Shown in pieces: positions 37,013 through 47,621 of a DNA stretch of 53,064 nucleotides. The stretch's first letter is position 1; each line of letters begins with the position of its first letter. The DNA comes from Candidatus Woesearchaeota archaeon (GTDB lineage: Archaea; Nanobdellota; Nanobdellia; SCGC-AAA011-G17; CAYFGV01), in contig CAYFGV010000002.1 of NCBI GenBank assembly GCA_964342845.1, positions 1 to 53,064 of the forward strand, given 5' to 3'. Both the position numbers and the translations under genes were made by a program. Under the pieces are notes generated by a model. The model was not told the DNA's origin and did no database searches. It worked only from the letters and a program-made list of their open reading frames with translations.

Positions 37013-37708
37013 CTACTTCCTTAAAATAATCACATTTCCTCTTCCTTTCTTAATTCTCTTAACCATTCCTTTATCTTCTAGCTCTGTTATCAACAAACTA
37101 ACCTTAGCCTCTGATAAAGGCATCATCTTCTTTCTTACCTCTTTTTGAGTAATCCGCCCTTTACTCTCCTTAATAATTCCTAAAACCTTATCCATATCTT
37201 CATCACTTTCTAAAACTTCTTTTTCTAATTTTTCTTCAGAAGGCTTTCTTCTTTTCAAATAATAAAAAAACAACACTCCAACCCCAAAAACAATCAAAAT
37301 CAAAACCAAAAGTACATAGTCAAAACCAGCTTCTTCTTCCCCAAAATCAAAATCATCTTCATCTATTGTATCATTTTCAACTAAATCATCAAAAAAACCA
37401 TCAGAATACCATAAAATCAAATGAATAACAGAGTCCCCTTCTCCTTCAATCTCAATTGTTTCATTAGTATAATACAAACCATCTGTAGAAACAGCAGTTA
37501 GAATATAGCTACCTTCGCTTAACTCAAAACTATATTCTTCTCCTTCATCAACAACCATAACTTGTTTAGGAACAGAATCAATCTCAACTATAGCACCTAT
37601 CTCTTCTAAAGTATCCCATGCATAGATTTCACCATAAATAGTAGCTCCAGAACTAACACCAACTAATAAAAAAAACATTAAAAAATAAATTACTCTTTTC
37701 ATATACAT
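37013..37708 (-). CDS. membrane-anchored protein with extracellular domain and C-terminal wHTH (COG2512-like)
   Basis: Signal peptide, beta domain, TM, GRITQKEV...SEAKVSL.ITELE.KG..KRIKKGRGN. Confidence 0.85.
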   Translation of the reverse strand: MYMKRVIYFLMFFLLVGVSSGATIYGEIYAWDTLEEIGAIVEIDSVPKQVMVVDEGEEYSFELSEGSYILTAVSTDGLYYTNETIEIEGEGDSVIHLILWYSDGFFDDLVENDTIDEDDFDFGEEEAGFDYVLLVLILIVFGVGVLFFYYLKRRKPSEEKLEKEVLESDEDMDKVLGIIKESKGRITQKEVRKKMMPLSEAKVSLLITELEDKGMVKRIKKGRGNVIILRK

Positions 37709-37784
37709 ATTCTTAAAACTAACCTTTAAATAGATTTCTAATTCACGAAAATAAAAATATAATTTTCAACACAAGAACACACAA

Positions 37785-37822
37785 TAAAGTTTCGTAAAGT
37801 TTCATAAAGTATTTTTTAAAGT
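37785..37822 (+). promoter_or_regulatory. 10-bp-periodic TAAAGT(TTC) repeats overlapping the promoter of 37883
   Basis: TAAAGT at 37785, 37795, 37805, 37817. Confidence 0.6.
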
Positions 37823-37882
37823 ATCTTTATAAACAAACTATTCTAATATACATATACAAAAAAGAGGGAGGAGAAAATAAAA

Positions 37883-39160
37883 ATGAAACTAAACAAAATA
37901 TTTGTGCTGATAGTACTAGCTTTATTTGTATTTAGTGCAATGCCTGTAGAAGCTACAAGCCTAAAAGAATTAGACCAAGCTTTCTTAACAGAGTATAATT
38001 TAATAAAAGCTAAATATACTTCTGCAACAAGCGAGTATAAAACAGCAAGAGAACAATATAAGACATTTAAAGACAAACTGTCTCAATACAAAGACTCAGA
38101 AAAAGGAACAACAGTTTTTGATAGAACTCAAGAATTTTTAACTAATGCTTTAGAAGTTCTAGACACACATAACGACGTTTTAATCCATTGGGCAGAAAAT
38201 ATAGAAATGAGTGAAGATCTTAGGGAAAACATCTTAGAGGACTTAGAATACCATACAGAAAAACTAGCTGAGTTAAAACAAGATGTAGAAGGTGCAGAAA
38301 CTGTTCAAGACTTAATAACAGTAGCTAGGAGTATTAAAGACCACTACGATGATCAAAGAGTAGCTATTAAAAGAGTATCAGGTATTTTGCTTTCAGCAAG
38401 AGCTGATCATGTGCTTGCAAGAGCTGATAAATTATCAGAAAATCTACAAACTAGATTAGACGCAGTTGAATCTGATGCTGATAAAGTAGAAATTCAATCT
38501 TTGTTAGATGATTTTTCAACAAAAGTAGCTCTAGCACAAAGTAAATACGACAAAGCAAGAGAAACATACTCAAGTATTGACGACCCTTCAGAAGCTAATG
38601 AATTGTTCAACCAAGCAAATGAATTTTTCAAAGAAGCAAATGGCTATGTTTGGGAAGCAAGAGAGTCTCTTATCCAAGCAATAAGGTTGTACAGATCCCT
38701 TGTAGAAGATGAGTTTGAATTAAGCGAATTAACTACAGGAGTTAGTGCAGTATCAGTTCCAGACTCAGTTAGACTAAGAGGAACAGGAACACTAACAGCA
38801 TCAGGAGACGGTTGGGCTCAAATTTCTGGAACAGGAGATATAACACTATCAGGTAGCGGTTATATCACAGTAAGAGACCTTATGGGAGAAGGTTCAATAG
38901 AAACTGTAGGTTTTGGAGTTATAACTCAAGACGGTTCAAGCACAAGGTATGAAACTGAAGAAGGCGAAGTAGGAACAATAACAATTACAGATGCTAACTC
39001 TATCTCTGTTTACTTTTCAGGAACAGAACTTGAAGCAGAAGTTATTGGAACTGGCTCAGCACATTTCTACGGAAGTGGTGAGTACTGTGTTAACGGAAAC
39101 TGTGGTGATTGGCCAATTGGATTTGATGTAACTTCAGGAAACGACGGAATCCAAGAATAA
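37883..39160 (+). CDS. secreted coiled-coil protein with Gly/Thr-rich beta C-terminal domain
   Basis: Signal peptide (VEA), ~250 aa helical region, G.G.I...G repeats. Confidence 0.75.
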   Translation: MKLNKIFVLIVLALFVFSAMPVEATSLKELDQAFLTEYNLIKAKYTSATSEYKTAREQYKTFKDKLSQYKDSEKGTTVFDRTQEFLTNALEVLDTHNDVLIHWAENIEMSEDLRENILEDLEYHTEKLAELKQDVEGAETVQDLITVARSIKDHYDDQRVAIKRVSGILLSARADHVLARADKLSENLQTRLDAVESDADKVEIQSLLDDFSTKVALAQSKYDKARETYSSIDDPSEANELFNQANEFFKEANGYVWEARESLIQAIRLYRSLVEDEFELSELTTGVSAVSVPDSVRLRGTGTLTASGDGWAQISGTGDITLSGSGYITVRDLMGEGSIETVGFGVITQDGSSTRYETEEGEVGTITITDANSISVYFSGTELEAEVIGTGSAHFYGSGEYCVNGNCGDWPIGFDVTSGNDGIQE

Positions 39161-39180
39161 AATCTTTTTTCTTTTCTTTT

Positions 39181-39696
39181 TTAAAATCTTAAATCTTTAA
39201 AATCCACTTTATAATGTACAGGAGGATAACCAATAAAATAATCTTTTTCAGAATAACCTAAAAGTTTTACAATTTTTAAAATATTCTTTTTAGCTCCTTC
39301 TATTTCAATAAAAACAGGAATTTTAGGCATTTTCATAATTTCAATAGAACAACCAAACAATTGCCAATATTCTCTTTTAGCTTCTGCGTACGAACTTCTC
39401 TTTAAACCTATTAGTTCTAATATTTTTTCCAGAGCTTTAAAATCCGTTATTTCAGTTTCATACTCTCTTCTAATCTTATGTCCTTTAATGAACTGAACTT
39501 TTGATTTAACAGTAAAATTAGTATACTTTCCTTCCCTTCTTATACGCACCGCCAAACCTTTAGACTTAGTATATGGATTCTCATAAATAATATTTTTTTG
39601 TAAAACCTTTTTTATAAATTTAGCTTTATTAAGTCTAAGGATTCTTCTTATTTTATTAGGATCAATTTCAAGAATTTTTATTTCAATTTCTGCCAT
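39181..39696 (-). CDS. CYTH-domain protein (class IV adenylate cyclase-like)
   Basis: EIEIK, RIR, T.K, EYET, KRE, FIEIEG. Confidence 0.9.
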   Translation of the reverse strand: MAEIEIKILEIDPNKIRRILRLNKAKFIKKVLQKNIIYENPYTKSKGLAVRIRREGKYTNFTVKSKVQFIKGHKIRREYETEITDFKALEKILELIGLKRSSYAEAKREYWQLFGCSIEIMKMPKIPVFIEIEGAKKNILKIVKLLGYSEKDYFIGYPPVHYKVDFKDLRF

Positions 39697-39788
39697 TTTA
39701 ATTATCGCTTCTTTTTAATTTAAATACTTTCTTATTCCCAACAACTAAAACAATTAACTTAATAAACCCTTATTTCTCCAAAAAACCT

Positions 39789-40631
39789 ATGGAAAACTTT
39801 CAAACAAAATTCGAAAAAAAAGTAAAAAAAACAATTAGAGAATACTCTCTATTAGATAAAAAAGATAAAGTTCTAGTAGCTTGCTCAGGACAAAAAGACT
39901 CTACAACTGTCCTATACATTCTAAAAAAACTAAATTACAATCCAGAAGCATTAATCATAGATTTAAAAATCGGCCCATGGTCTGAAAAAAACCTAGAAAA
40001 CCTAAAAAAATTCTGTAAAAAAGAAGAGATTAAGCTACATGTAATAGATATTAGAAAAGAATTTGGTTCTTCTCTATGTCATATAAGATTAAAAATACAA
40101 GATAAGAAAAAATTAAGCAACTGCATGATCTGTGGAGTAATCAAAAGATGGTTATTAAATAAAAAAGCTAAAGAACTAAAAGCAACTAAAATAGTAACAG
40201 GACATAACTTAGATGACGCAGCAGAAACAATACTAATGAACCAATTAAAAGGAAATATTAAATTAAGCCTCGGCTTAGGACCAAAAACAGGAATTCTAAA
40301 AACAAAAAAATTCGTACAAAGAGTTAAACCACTATATTTCTGTTCAAACCAAGAAGCAAAAAAATATTCTAAATTAAAAAAATTCCCTGTTCAATATGAT
40401 GCTTGTCCATGCTCAGTAAATGTTTTTAGAAGAAAAATAAGAAATCACTTAGATACTTTAGAAAAAGACTACCCAGAAATAAAAATAAACATAGTTAGAA
40501 CATTCTTAGAAATACTCCCAACTCTACAAAAAAAATTCAAACCAAAAGACAAATTAAAAGATTGTGTAGAATGTGGAGAACCATCAAGAAATGAACTTTG
40601 TAAAAGATGTGAAATATTTAAGATAAAATGA
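39789..40631 (+). CDS. TtuA/Ncs6-type tRNA 2-thiolation protein (TIGR00269-like)
   Basis: PP-loop SGQKDS, CMICGVIKR, TGHNLDD, RVKPL, CP, C-terminal Zn finger. Confidence 0.9.
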   Translation: MENFQTKFEKKVKKTIREYSLLDKKDKVLVACSGQKDSTTVLYILKKLNYNPEALIIDLKIGPWSEKNLENLKKFCKKEEIKLHVIDIRKEFGSSLCHIRLKIQDKKKLSNCMICGVIKRWLLNKKAKELKATKIVTGHNLDDAAETILMNQLKGNIKLSLGLGPKTGILKTKKFVQRVKPLYFCSNQEAKKYSKLKKFPVQYDACPCSVNVFRRKIRNHLDTLEKDYPEIKINIVRTFLEILPTLQKKFKPKDKLKDCVECGEPSRNELCKRCEIFKIK

Positions 40632-41761
40632 TATCTACAATAATCCATTATTCAGAAATCGCAATAAAAGGAAAAAATAGAACCTTTTTCGAAAACAAAC
40701 TAATCGACAACATAAAAAAAGCATTAAATAAAGACTTAATAAAAGTCTACAAACGATATGGAAGAATAATCTGTGACTGCAAAAAATACCCAGATAACTT
40801 ACAACATATACCAGGAATAACCTTTTTCTCAGAAACAATAAAATCAAAACCAGACTTAGCTCAAATTAAAAAAGATTCTTTAAATCTACTAAAAACAAAA
40901 AACTTCCAAACATTCAAAGTAATAGCAAAAAGATCAAACAAAGATTTTAAAACAAATTCAAGCCAAATAAATAACATATTAGGAGAACATATTTTAACTA
41001 AATTAAACAAAAAAGTAGACGTAAAAAACCCAGACTTAAAACTCTATATAGAAGTCTGCGAAAAAGAAGTCTTCATATACACTGAAAAACAAAAAGGAAT
41101 AGATGGATTACCAACAACTTCAAGCGGAAAACTAATTTCATCCCTCTCAGGAGGAATAGACAGTCCAGTAGCTTCTTTCTTAATGATGAAAAGAGGCTGT
41201 AAAATAATCTTCGTACACTTCCACAACCAAACACAACAAGGAGTTCTAACAAAAATAAAAGACCTAGTTAAAGAACTAACAAAATTTCAACTAAGCTCTA
41301 AACTTTACATAGTTCCATTCAGTAAAATTCAAAAACAAATCACAATAAACACACCAGCTAAATATAGGATGATTATCTACAGAATCTTTATGATGAAAAT
41401 AATTAACCAAATAGCTAAAAGAGAAAAAGCAAAAGGAATAATCACAGGAGATTCTTTGGGCCAAGTAGCTTCACAAACAATAGAAAACATTAATTGTATC
41501 TATAATTTTTCAGAATTACCTATATTCTCTCCATTAATTGGAACAAATAAACAAGAAATAATAGATCTTTCAAAGAAAATAGGAACTTACGACCATTCTA
41601 TATTACCTTATCCAGACTGTTGTTCTTTTATGATTGCTCAACATCCAGAAACAAAAGCAGATTTAAAAAAAATAGAAGGTTTAGAAAAAAACATAGAAAA
41701 CAAAGAAAGTTTAATTAAAGAAGCTATTTCAGAAGCTAAAGTTTTAAAATTCTCTATCTAA
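40628..41761 (+). CDS. thiI: tRNA 4-thiouridine synthase ThiI
   Basis: [37 protein letters not shown]. Confidence 0.95.
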   Translation: MISTIIHYSEIAIKGKNRTFFENKLIDNIKKALNKDLIKVYKRYGRIICDCKKYPDNLQHIPGITFFSETIKSKPDLAQIKKDSLNLLKTKNFQTFKVIAKRSNKDFKTNSSQINNILGEHILTKLNKKVDVKNPDLKLYIEVCEKEVFIYTEKQKGIDGLPTTSSGKLISSLSGGIDSPVASFLMMKRGCKIIFVHFHNQTQQGVLTKIKDLVKELTKFQLSSKLYIVPFSKIQKQITINTPAKYRMIIYRIFMMKIINQIAKREKAKGIITGDSLGQVASQTIENINCIYNFSELPIFSPLIGTNKQEIIDLSKKIGTYDHSILPYPDCCSFMIAQHPETKADLKKIEGLEKNIENKESLIKEAISEAKVLKFSI

Positions 41762-42398
41762 ATCTCTCAACACCTTTCCTCTCACAAAAACCATACAACT
41801 TACATTTTGAACAAAAAGGAGAAACAGGAACACAAACATTCTGCCCATAAGCAACCAACAAATCATTAAACTCTATCCAATATTTTTTAGGAAGAATTTC
41901 TCTCAACTTAAACTCTGTTTCTTCAGGATTCTTAGTTTCAACCAATCCCAATCTATTACTCACTTTATGAACATGCGTGTCAACACAAATCCCTAATTTC
42001 CCAAAACCCAGAGTCAACACAAGATTACCAGTCTTCCTACCAACTCCTTTTAACTTCAACAATTCTTCTAATTCATCAGGAACATTACCTCCATACTCTC
42101 TAACTAAAACTTCACTTATCTCTTTTATCCTCTTAGCTTTCACTCTATAAAATGCCACAGGATAAATTAACTCACTAATCTCCTTAACTTCAAGCTTCAA
42201 CATCTCCTCAACATCTCCAGCTCTCTCAAACAATCTCTCAGAAGCCAGAATAGTAACTTCGTCCCTAGTTCTTAAACTCAACAAACAAGAAATCAAGACC
42301 TTATAAGGAGACCTATCAAATGAAACCCTAGTCACACTAGGAATCTTAAACTTCTTAACTTCTTCCCTAAGAACCAAAACTACCTTGTCAATATCCAT
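41754..42398 (-). CDS. nth: endonuclease III
   Basis: LKGVGRKT HhH, VDTHV, C.P..P.C..C.L...C FeS motif. Confidence 0.95.
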   Translation of the reverse strand: MDIDKVVLVLREEVKKFKIPSVTRVSFDRSPYKVLISCLLSLRTRDEVTILASERLFERAGDVEEMLKLEVKEISELIYPVAFYRVKAKRIKEISEVLVREYGGNVPDELEELLKLKGVGRKTGNLVLTLGFGKLGICVDTHVHKVSNRLGLVETKNPEETEFKLREILPKKYWIEFNDLLVAYGQNVCVPVSPFCSKCKLYGFCERKGVERFR

Positions 42399-42469
42399 AA
42401 AATCTAAAACTAAACAACATTTATAAATTTATAGAAATCTTTAAATAAACATATATTTTCAATTACACC

Positions 42470-42919
42470 ATGAAAAACAGAAAAGTTGGGTTATTAATCT
42501 TAGGAATCTCTGCAATAGTAGGATTTATCATTTATTCTTTTAATAGAGCATTAACAGACATAGTAGAAACAACCTGTTCTCATGGCTCAGAATGCGTAAT
42601 GTGGGACATTTTAAGATTTCAAACAAACATAAGCATAGGTTTAATGGCATTCATTATTTTAATTGGATTATACTTAATCTTTTTCACAAAAGAGAAAAAA
42701 AAACTAACAAAAACTAAAGAAATAACATTGGACCAAGACGAAAAACTAATCCTAGAAAAAATAAAAGAATCAGAAGGAACAATATTTCAATCAGACTTAG
42801 TAGAAAAAACAGATTTCAACAAAGTAAAAGTCACAAGAATTTTAGACAAACTAGAAGGAAGGAAAATAATAGAAAGAAAAAGAAGAGGTATGACTAATGT
42901 CGTAATACTTAAAGAATGA
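42470..42919 (+). CDS. 2-TM membrane protein with C-terminal wHTH; putative metal-sensing regulator
   Basis: TM, CSHGSECVM loop, TM, QSDLVEKT.F.KVKVTRILDKLE...IERKRRGMTN. Confidence 0.8.
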   Translation: MKNRKVGLLILGISAIVGFIIYSFNRALTDIVETTCSHGSECVMWDILRFQTNISIGLMAFIILIGLYLIFFTKEKKKLTKTKEITLDQDEKLILEKIKESEGTIFQSDLVEKTDFNKVKVTRILDKLEGRKIIERKRRGMTNVVILKE

Positions 42920-43413
42920 AAACCCCAACACAAATACTTACAGAAGAGCATAAAAATATATTAAGATTAATAGAGAATCTAACTAAGGAGATAAATCTAT
43001 TAAGCTCTGGAAAACAATTAAATAATTCTTTTTTCGAAAAAGCAATAGAATTCATACAAAATTACGCTGATAAATTCCACCATGCAAAAGAAGAAGATAT
43101 ATTATTTGAGGAATTAAACAAAGTATCAGCAGATCTTCACTGTAACCCAATAGAGCAAATGTTATATGAACATGAATTAGGAAGAAAATATATAAAAAAT
43201 CTAAAAAAAGCAGTAGCAGAAAAAGACACAAAAAGTATTATAGAAAACACAAGAAACTACACACAACTATTACAAGAACATATTTTTAAAGAAGATAATA
43301 TACTTTATCCTATGGCAGACAGTGTATTAACTGAAGAAACCCAAGAAACAATATTAAAAAGATTTAAACAAACAGAACAAGAAAACATAAAAGAAATGGA
43401 AATATTAAAATGA
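42916..43413 (+). CDS. hemerythrin-domain protein
   Basis: EH, HHAKEE..LF, EH..GR, HIFKEDNILYP. Confidence 0.93.
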   Translation: MKTPTQILTEEHKNILRLIENLTKEINLLSSGKQLNNSFFEKAIEFIQNYADKFHHAKEEDILFEELNKVSADLHCNPIEQMLYEHELGRKYIKNLKKAVAEKDTKSIIENTRNYTQLLQEHIFKEDNILYPMADSVLTEETQETILKRFKQTEQENIKEMEILK

Positions 43414-43703
43414 TTAAAAACATAAAAGAACACATAGAATATCCAGAACAAGGAATACTATCAAAGGAAATAGTTAAAGACAAAATAACTCTCTTCTGTA
43501 TGGCTAAGGGCACAGAAATTTCAGAACACACAACTACAAAACAAGCAGCAGTATACGTAATAGAAGGAAAAGGAATTTTCAACCTAAATGGAAAAGATAT
43601 CCAAATGTTACCAAACAAACTAATTTTTATGAAAGAAGATGCACCACATTCACTAAAAGCAGAAGAAAATACTTCATTTCTTCTAACTTTATTTAAAAAC
43701 TGA
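43410..43703 (+). CDS. cupin-domain protein
   Basis: ISEHT, VIEGKG, PHSLKA. Confidence 0.88.
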   Translation: MIKNIKEHIEYPEQGILSKEIVKDKITLFCMAKGTEISEHTTTKQAAVYVIEGKGIFNLNGKDIQMLPNKLIFMKEDAPHSLKAEENTSFLLTLFKN

Positions 43704-43730
43704 AACTAGTTTCATACAATCGTTTATAAA
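43701..43730 (+). promoter_or_regulatory. 14-bp palindrome TGAAACTAGTTTCA upstream of the copZ TATA box
   Basis: Perfect palindrome 43701-43714; TTTATAAA at 43723-43730. Confidence 0.65.
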
Positions 43731-43753
43731 GGGTTTCAATCTTAAATTCTAAC

Positions 43754-43951
43754 ATGCTCACAAAAATTAAAGTCAAAGGTATGCACTGCAAAAGTTGTGA
43801 AATATTAATCAAAGATTCCTTAGAAGAAACAAAAGGAATTAAAAAAGTTAATATAAACAAAGAAATCGCAACAATAGAATTTGACGAATCTCAAATTTCA
43901 GAAAATAACATAAAAAAAATAATAGAAAAGGAAGGTTACAAAGTTGAATAA
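43754..43951 (+). CDS. copZ: HMA copper chaperone
   Basis: GMHCKSC, 65 aa, I...GY. Confidence 0.9.
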   Translation: MLTKIKVKGMHCKSCEILIKDSLEETKGIKKVNINKEIATIEFDESQISENNIKKIIEKEGYKVE

Positions 43952-45359
43952 AACAATTAATTTCACTGCAAAAGGAACAGTATGTGAATCTTGCTCTGAA
44001 ATAATAAAAAAACAAGCAAAAGAAATACAAGGAGTAGAAAAAATAGAATTCAACTACTCAACAGAAAGAGGTTCTGTAACTTTTGATGAATCTAAAACAA
44101 ATATAGAAGAAATTTTTAATAAAATAAATGAAAAAGGATATACTTGTAGTTTTAACAAACCAAAAAATAAAGTTCTAGGCTGGACATTCGGAATAATAGG
44201 ATCACTTATAGTACTATATTTCATATTTAATTTTGTTGACGGCATTGCTTTACCAGAAATAACCCAAAATATGGGCTATGGTCTACTCTTCTTAGTAGGT
44301 CTCTTAACAGGATTCCATTGTGTAAGCATGTGTGGAGGATTTGTTGTATCTTACACTGCAAAACATGCACAACAAGGAACTAAAACTTATAAATCTCACT
44401 TATCTTACGGTTTAGGAAGAGTAATCTCTTACACAGTCATAGGTGCTATCTTTGGTTTAATAGGTTCAATAATTGCATTTACTCCAACAATGAGAGGAGT
44501 AGCTGGAATACTCGCAGGTTTATTTTTAATATTATTCGGTCTAAAGATGTTAAACATTTTCCCGGTCCTAAGAAAAATTCAATTTAAAACACCAAAATTC
44601 ATAACAAAACTCACAGGAGCACAATCTCCAGAACAATCTAGCCCTTTAATTATAGGTCTACTAAACGGACTTATGCTTGCCTGCGGTCCTTTACAAGCCA
44701 TTTACATAATGGCAGCAGGAACAGGGAGTATGATTGAAGGAGCCAAACTATTATTTGCTTTCGCTTTAGGAACCATCCCAGTAATGCTTGGTTTCGGTTA
44801 CCTCACAACTTTTGTCTCAACTAAAGCAACCCAAAAAATCTTAAAAGCCTCTGGAGTAATTGTAATCATCTTAGGAATAATAATGTTTAACAGAGGACTA
44901 GCATTAACAGGAACAGGTTTAGATGCAAATTCATTAATTACTTCAGTCTCAGCAAGTGGAGAAGACATAACAGGCAATGCAGTGATAACATTAGAAGACG
45001 GCTACCAAATAATTGAGATGAAAGTAGATAGATACGGTTGGGATCCAGATAAATTTGTATTAGAAAAAGGAATTCCAGTAAAATGGATAATTACTGGTGA
45101 AGAAATAAATGGTTGTAATAACGCAATCCAAGTTCCAAAATTAGATCTATATTTTGATATAAAAGAAGGAGAACAAATAATCGAATTCACACCAGAAGAA
45201 GAAGGAGTTATATCCTGGAGTTGTTGGATGGGTATGATTCCAGGAACATTTATTGTAAAAGAAGATATAAGCAACGTAGAAGAAATTCAACAAGAACTAG
45301 ACTCTGTAGTAACACCTAGTGGAGGTTCTTGTGGTGGTGGTTGTGGTTGTGGAGGATGA
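43944..45359 (+). CDS. HMA + DsbD_2/TauE-like membrane domain + cupredoxin fusion
   Basis: CESC; HCVSMCGG and LACG; C...SCWMGM cupredoxin; GGSCGGGCGCGG tail. Confidence 0.88.
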   Translation: MNKTINFTAKGTVCESCSEIIKKQAKEIQGVEKIEFNYSTERGSVTFDESKTNIEEIFNKINEKGYTCSFNKPKNKVLGWTFGIIGSLIVLYFIFNFVDGIALPEITQNMGYGLLFLVGLLTGFHCVSMCGGFVVSYTAKHAQQGTKTYKSHLSYGLGRVISYTVIGAIFGLIGSIIAFTPTMRGVAGILAGLFLILFGLKMLNIFPVLRKIQFKTPKFITKLTGAQSPEQSSPLIIGLLNGLMLACGPLQAIYIMAAGTGSMIEGAKLLFAFALGTIPVMLGFGYLTTFVSTKATQKILKASGVIVIILGIIMFNRGLALTGTGLDANSLITSVSASGEDITGNAVITLEDGYQIIEMKVDRYGWDPDKFVLEKGIPVKWIITGEEINGCNNAIQVPKLDLYFDIKEGEQIIEFTPEEEGVISWSCWMGMIPGTFIVKEDISNVEEIQQELDSVVTPSGGSCGGGCGCGG

Positions 45360-45405
45360 TAACCAATATAATCATAAATAATATAAAAAAAGTATTTCAA
45401 ATAAC

Positions 45406-47574
45406 ATGAAAAAAACAACACTAACTATCTCTGGAATGCATTGTGCATCTTGTGCTCTTATAATAGATAAAGCACTAAAGAAAATTCCAAGCATTAAAAA
45501 TTCAGTAACAAACTTTTCAACTTCAAAAACAACAGTAGAATACAACCCTTCTAAAATAAAAATAGAACAAATAACAAAAAAAATACAAGCACTAGGTTAT
45601 TCTGCAGAAGAACAAAAAGACCCATATAAACAAGAACAAATAAAAAAGAAAGAACTAAAAAACTTAAAATCGAAACTAATTTTCTCTTTAATTCTAGCAA
45701 TTCCAGCATTTATTCTAGGTATGTTTTTCATGAAATCTCCACTAATACCTTATCAAGACTTTGTTTTATGGGCTTTAGCAACACCTATTCAATTCTATGT
45801 TGGTTCCCAGTTTTACAAAGGTGCTTTTGGAGCATTAAAAAACAAAACAGCAAACATGGACACCTTAATTGCTTTAGGCACATCTGCAGCTTACTTTTTC
45901 AGTATTTACGCAGTTTTATCAGGAGAGCATCATCAATATTTTGAAGCATCTGCAGTATTGATAACATTGGTAGTCTTAGGAAAATACTTAGAAGCAATAG
46001 CTAAAGGAAAAACATCTGAAGCAATTAAAAAATTAATGCATCTAACACCTAAAAAAGCAACTGTAATTAGAAACAAAAAAGAAATAATAATTCCTATCTC
46101 GGAAATAAAACTCAACGATATTATTTTAATAAAACCAGGAGCTAAAATCCCTGTAGACGGTCTAATTATAGAAGGACATTCTAGTATAAATGAATCCATG
46201 ATAACTGGAGAATCCATACCTGTAGAAAAGAAAAAAGGTGACCAAGTTATTGCAGGAACAATAAATAAACACGGCTCTTTTAAGTTTAAAGCAACAAAAA
46301 TAGGAAAAAACACAACTTTAGCGCAAATCATAAAATTAATCGAAGAAGCTCAAGGAAAAAAAGCACCAATCCAAAGATTCGCTGATACAGTCTCAGCTTA
46401 TTTTGTTCCTGTTGTTATTCTTATTGCAATCTTAACATTTTCATCTTGGTACTTTATCTTTAACGCAGAATTATCTTTCGCTTTAATAGCATCTGTAGCT
46501 GTATTAGTTATAGCCTGCCCTTGTGCTCTAGGCTTAGCCACTCCAACAGCAATAATGGTTGGCACAGGAAAAGGAGCTAAAAAAGGCATACTCATCAAAG
46601 GAGGAGATGCTTTAGAAACTGCACACAAACTAAAATATATTATATTCGACAAAACAGGAACAATTACAAAAGGAGTCCCAGAAGTTACAGATATAATTCC
46701 TTTAAACAAAAAAACAAAAAAACAAACACTACAAATAGCAGCAAGCATTGAAAAGAATTCAGAACATCCATTGGCAGAATCAATAGTAAACCATGCAAAA
46801 AATATCAAGTTAAAAAAAATAACAAATTTTAAAGCAATTCCAGGACACGGAGTTACTTGCAAAATTAATAAAAACACTTATCATCTAGGAAACTTAAAAT
46901 TACTTAAGAAACATAAAATAAAAACTTCAAGCTCAAAAAAAATAGATTCTCTAGAAAAACAAGGAAAAACAGTTATGCTTTTAGCTGAAAATAAAGAACT
47001 TATAGCTCTAATAGCAGTAGCAGACACAATAAAAGAAACCTCTCCAAGAGCAGTCAAATACCTACAAAATTTAGGATTAAAAGTTTACATGATTACAGGA
47101 GATAATCAAAGGACAGCAGAAGCCATAGCAAAAAAAGCTAATATTAAACACATTTTTTCAGAAGTTCTTCCAGAAGATAAAGCAAAATACGTTAAGAAAC
47201 TACAAAGAAAAGGAAAAGTAGCTATGGTTGGAGATGGAATTAATGACGCACCAGCTCTAGCCCAAGCAGATATTGGAATAGCAATGGGTTCAGGAACAGA
47301 TGTTGCCATGGAAACAGGAAATGTAGTATTAATGAGAAATAACCTAATAGATGTTCCTAGATCAATTAAACTAAGTAAGATAACAATGTCAAAGATAAAA
47401 CAAAACATGTTCTGGGCACTATTCTACAACACATTAGGAATTCCAATTGCTGCAGGTGTTTTATATCCTTTCACAGGTTGGTTATTAAACCCAATGATTG
47501 CTGGAGCTGCTATGGCCTTCTCTAGTGTTTCTGTAGTAACAAACTCCTTACTAATGAAAAAGAAGAAAATATGA
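45406..47574 (+). CDS. copA: copper-translocating P1B-type ATPase
   Basis: GMHCASC, TGES, CPC, DKTGT, HP, GDGINDAP, YN and MAFSS. Confidence 0.96.
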   Translation: MKKTTLTISGMHCASCALIIDKALKKIPSIKNSVTNFSTSKTTVEYNPSKIKIEQITKKIQALGYSAEEQKDPYKQEQIKKKELKNLKSKLIFSLILAIPAFILGMFFMKSPLIPYQDFVLWALATPIQFYVGSQFYKGAFGALKNKTANMDTLIALGTSAAYFFSIYAVLSGEHHQYFEASAVLITLVVLGKYLEAIAKGKTSEAIKKLMHLTPKKATVIRNKKEIIIPISEIKLNDIILIKPGAKIPVDGLIIEGHSSINESMITGESIPVEKKKGDQVIAGTINKHGSFKFKATKIGKNTTLAQIIKLIEEAQGKKAPIQRFADTVSAYFVPVVILIAILTFSSWYFIFNAELSFALIASVAVLVIACPCALGLATPTAIMVGTGKGAKKGILIKGGDALETAHKLKYIIFDKTGTITKGVPEVTDIIPLNKKTKKQTLQIAASIEKNSEHPLAESIVNHAKNIKLKKITNFKAIPGHGVTCKINKNTYHLGNLKLLKKHKIKTSSSKKIDSLEKQGKTVMLLAENKELIALIAVADTIKETSPRAVKYLQNLGLKVYMITGDNQRTAEAIAKKANIKHIFSEVLPEDKAKYVKKLQRKGKVAMVGDGINDAPALAQADIGIAMGSGTDVAMETGNVVLMRNNLIDVPRSIKLSKITMSKIKQNMFWALFYNTLGIPIAAGVLYPFTGWLLNPMIAGAAMAFSSVSVVTNSLLMKKKKI

Positions 47575-47621
47575 AACCAAAGAATTTATATTACAATCTT
47601 TAATTCAAAAAACCAAGAAAA

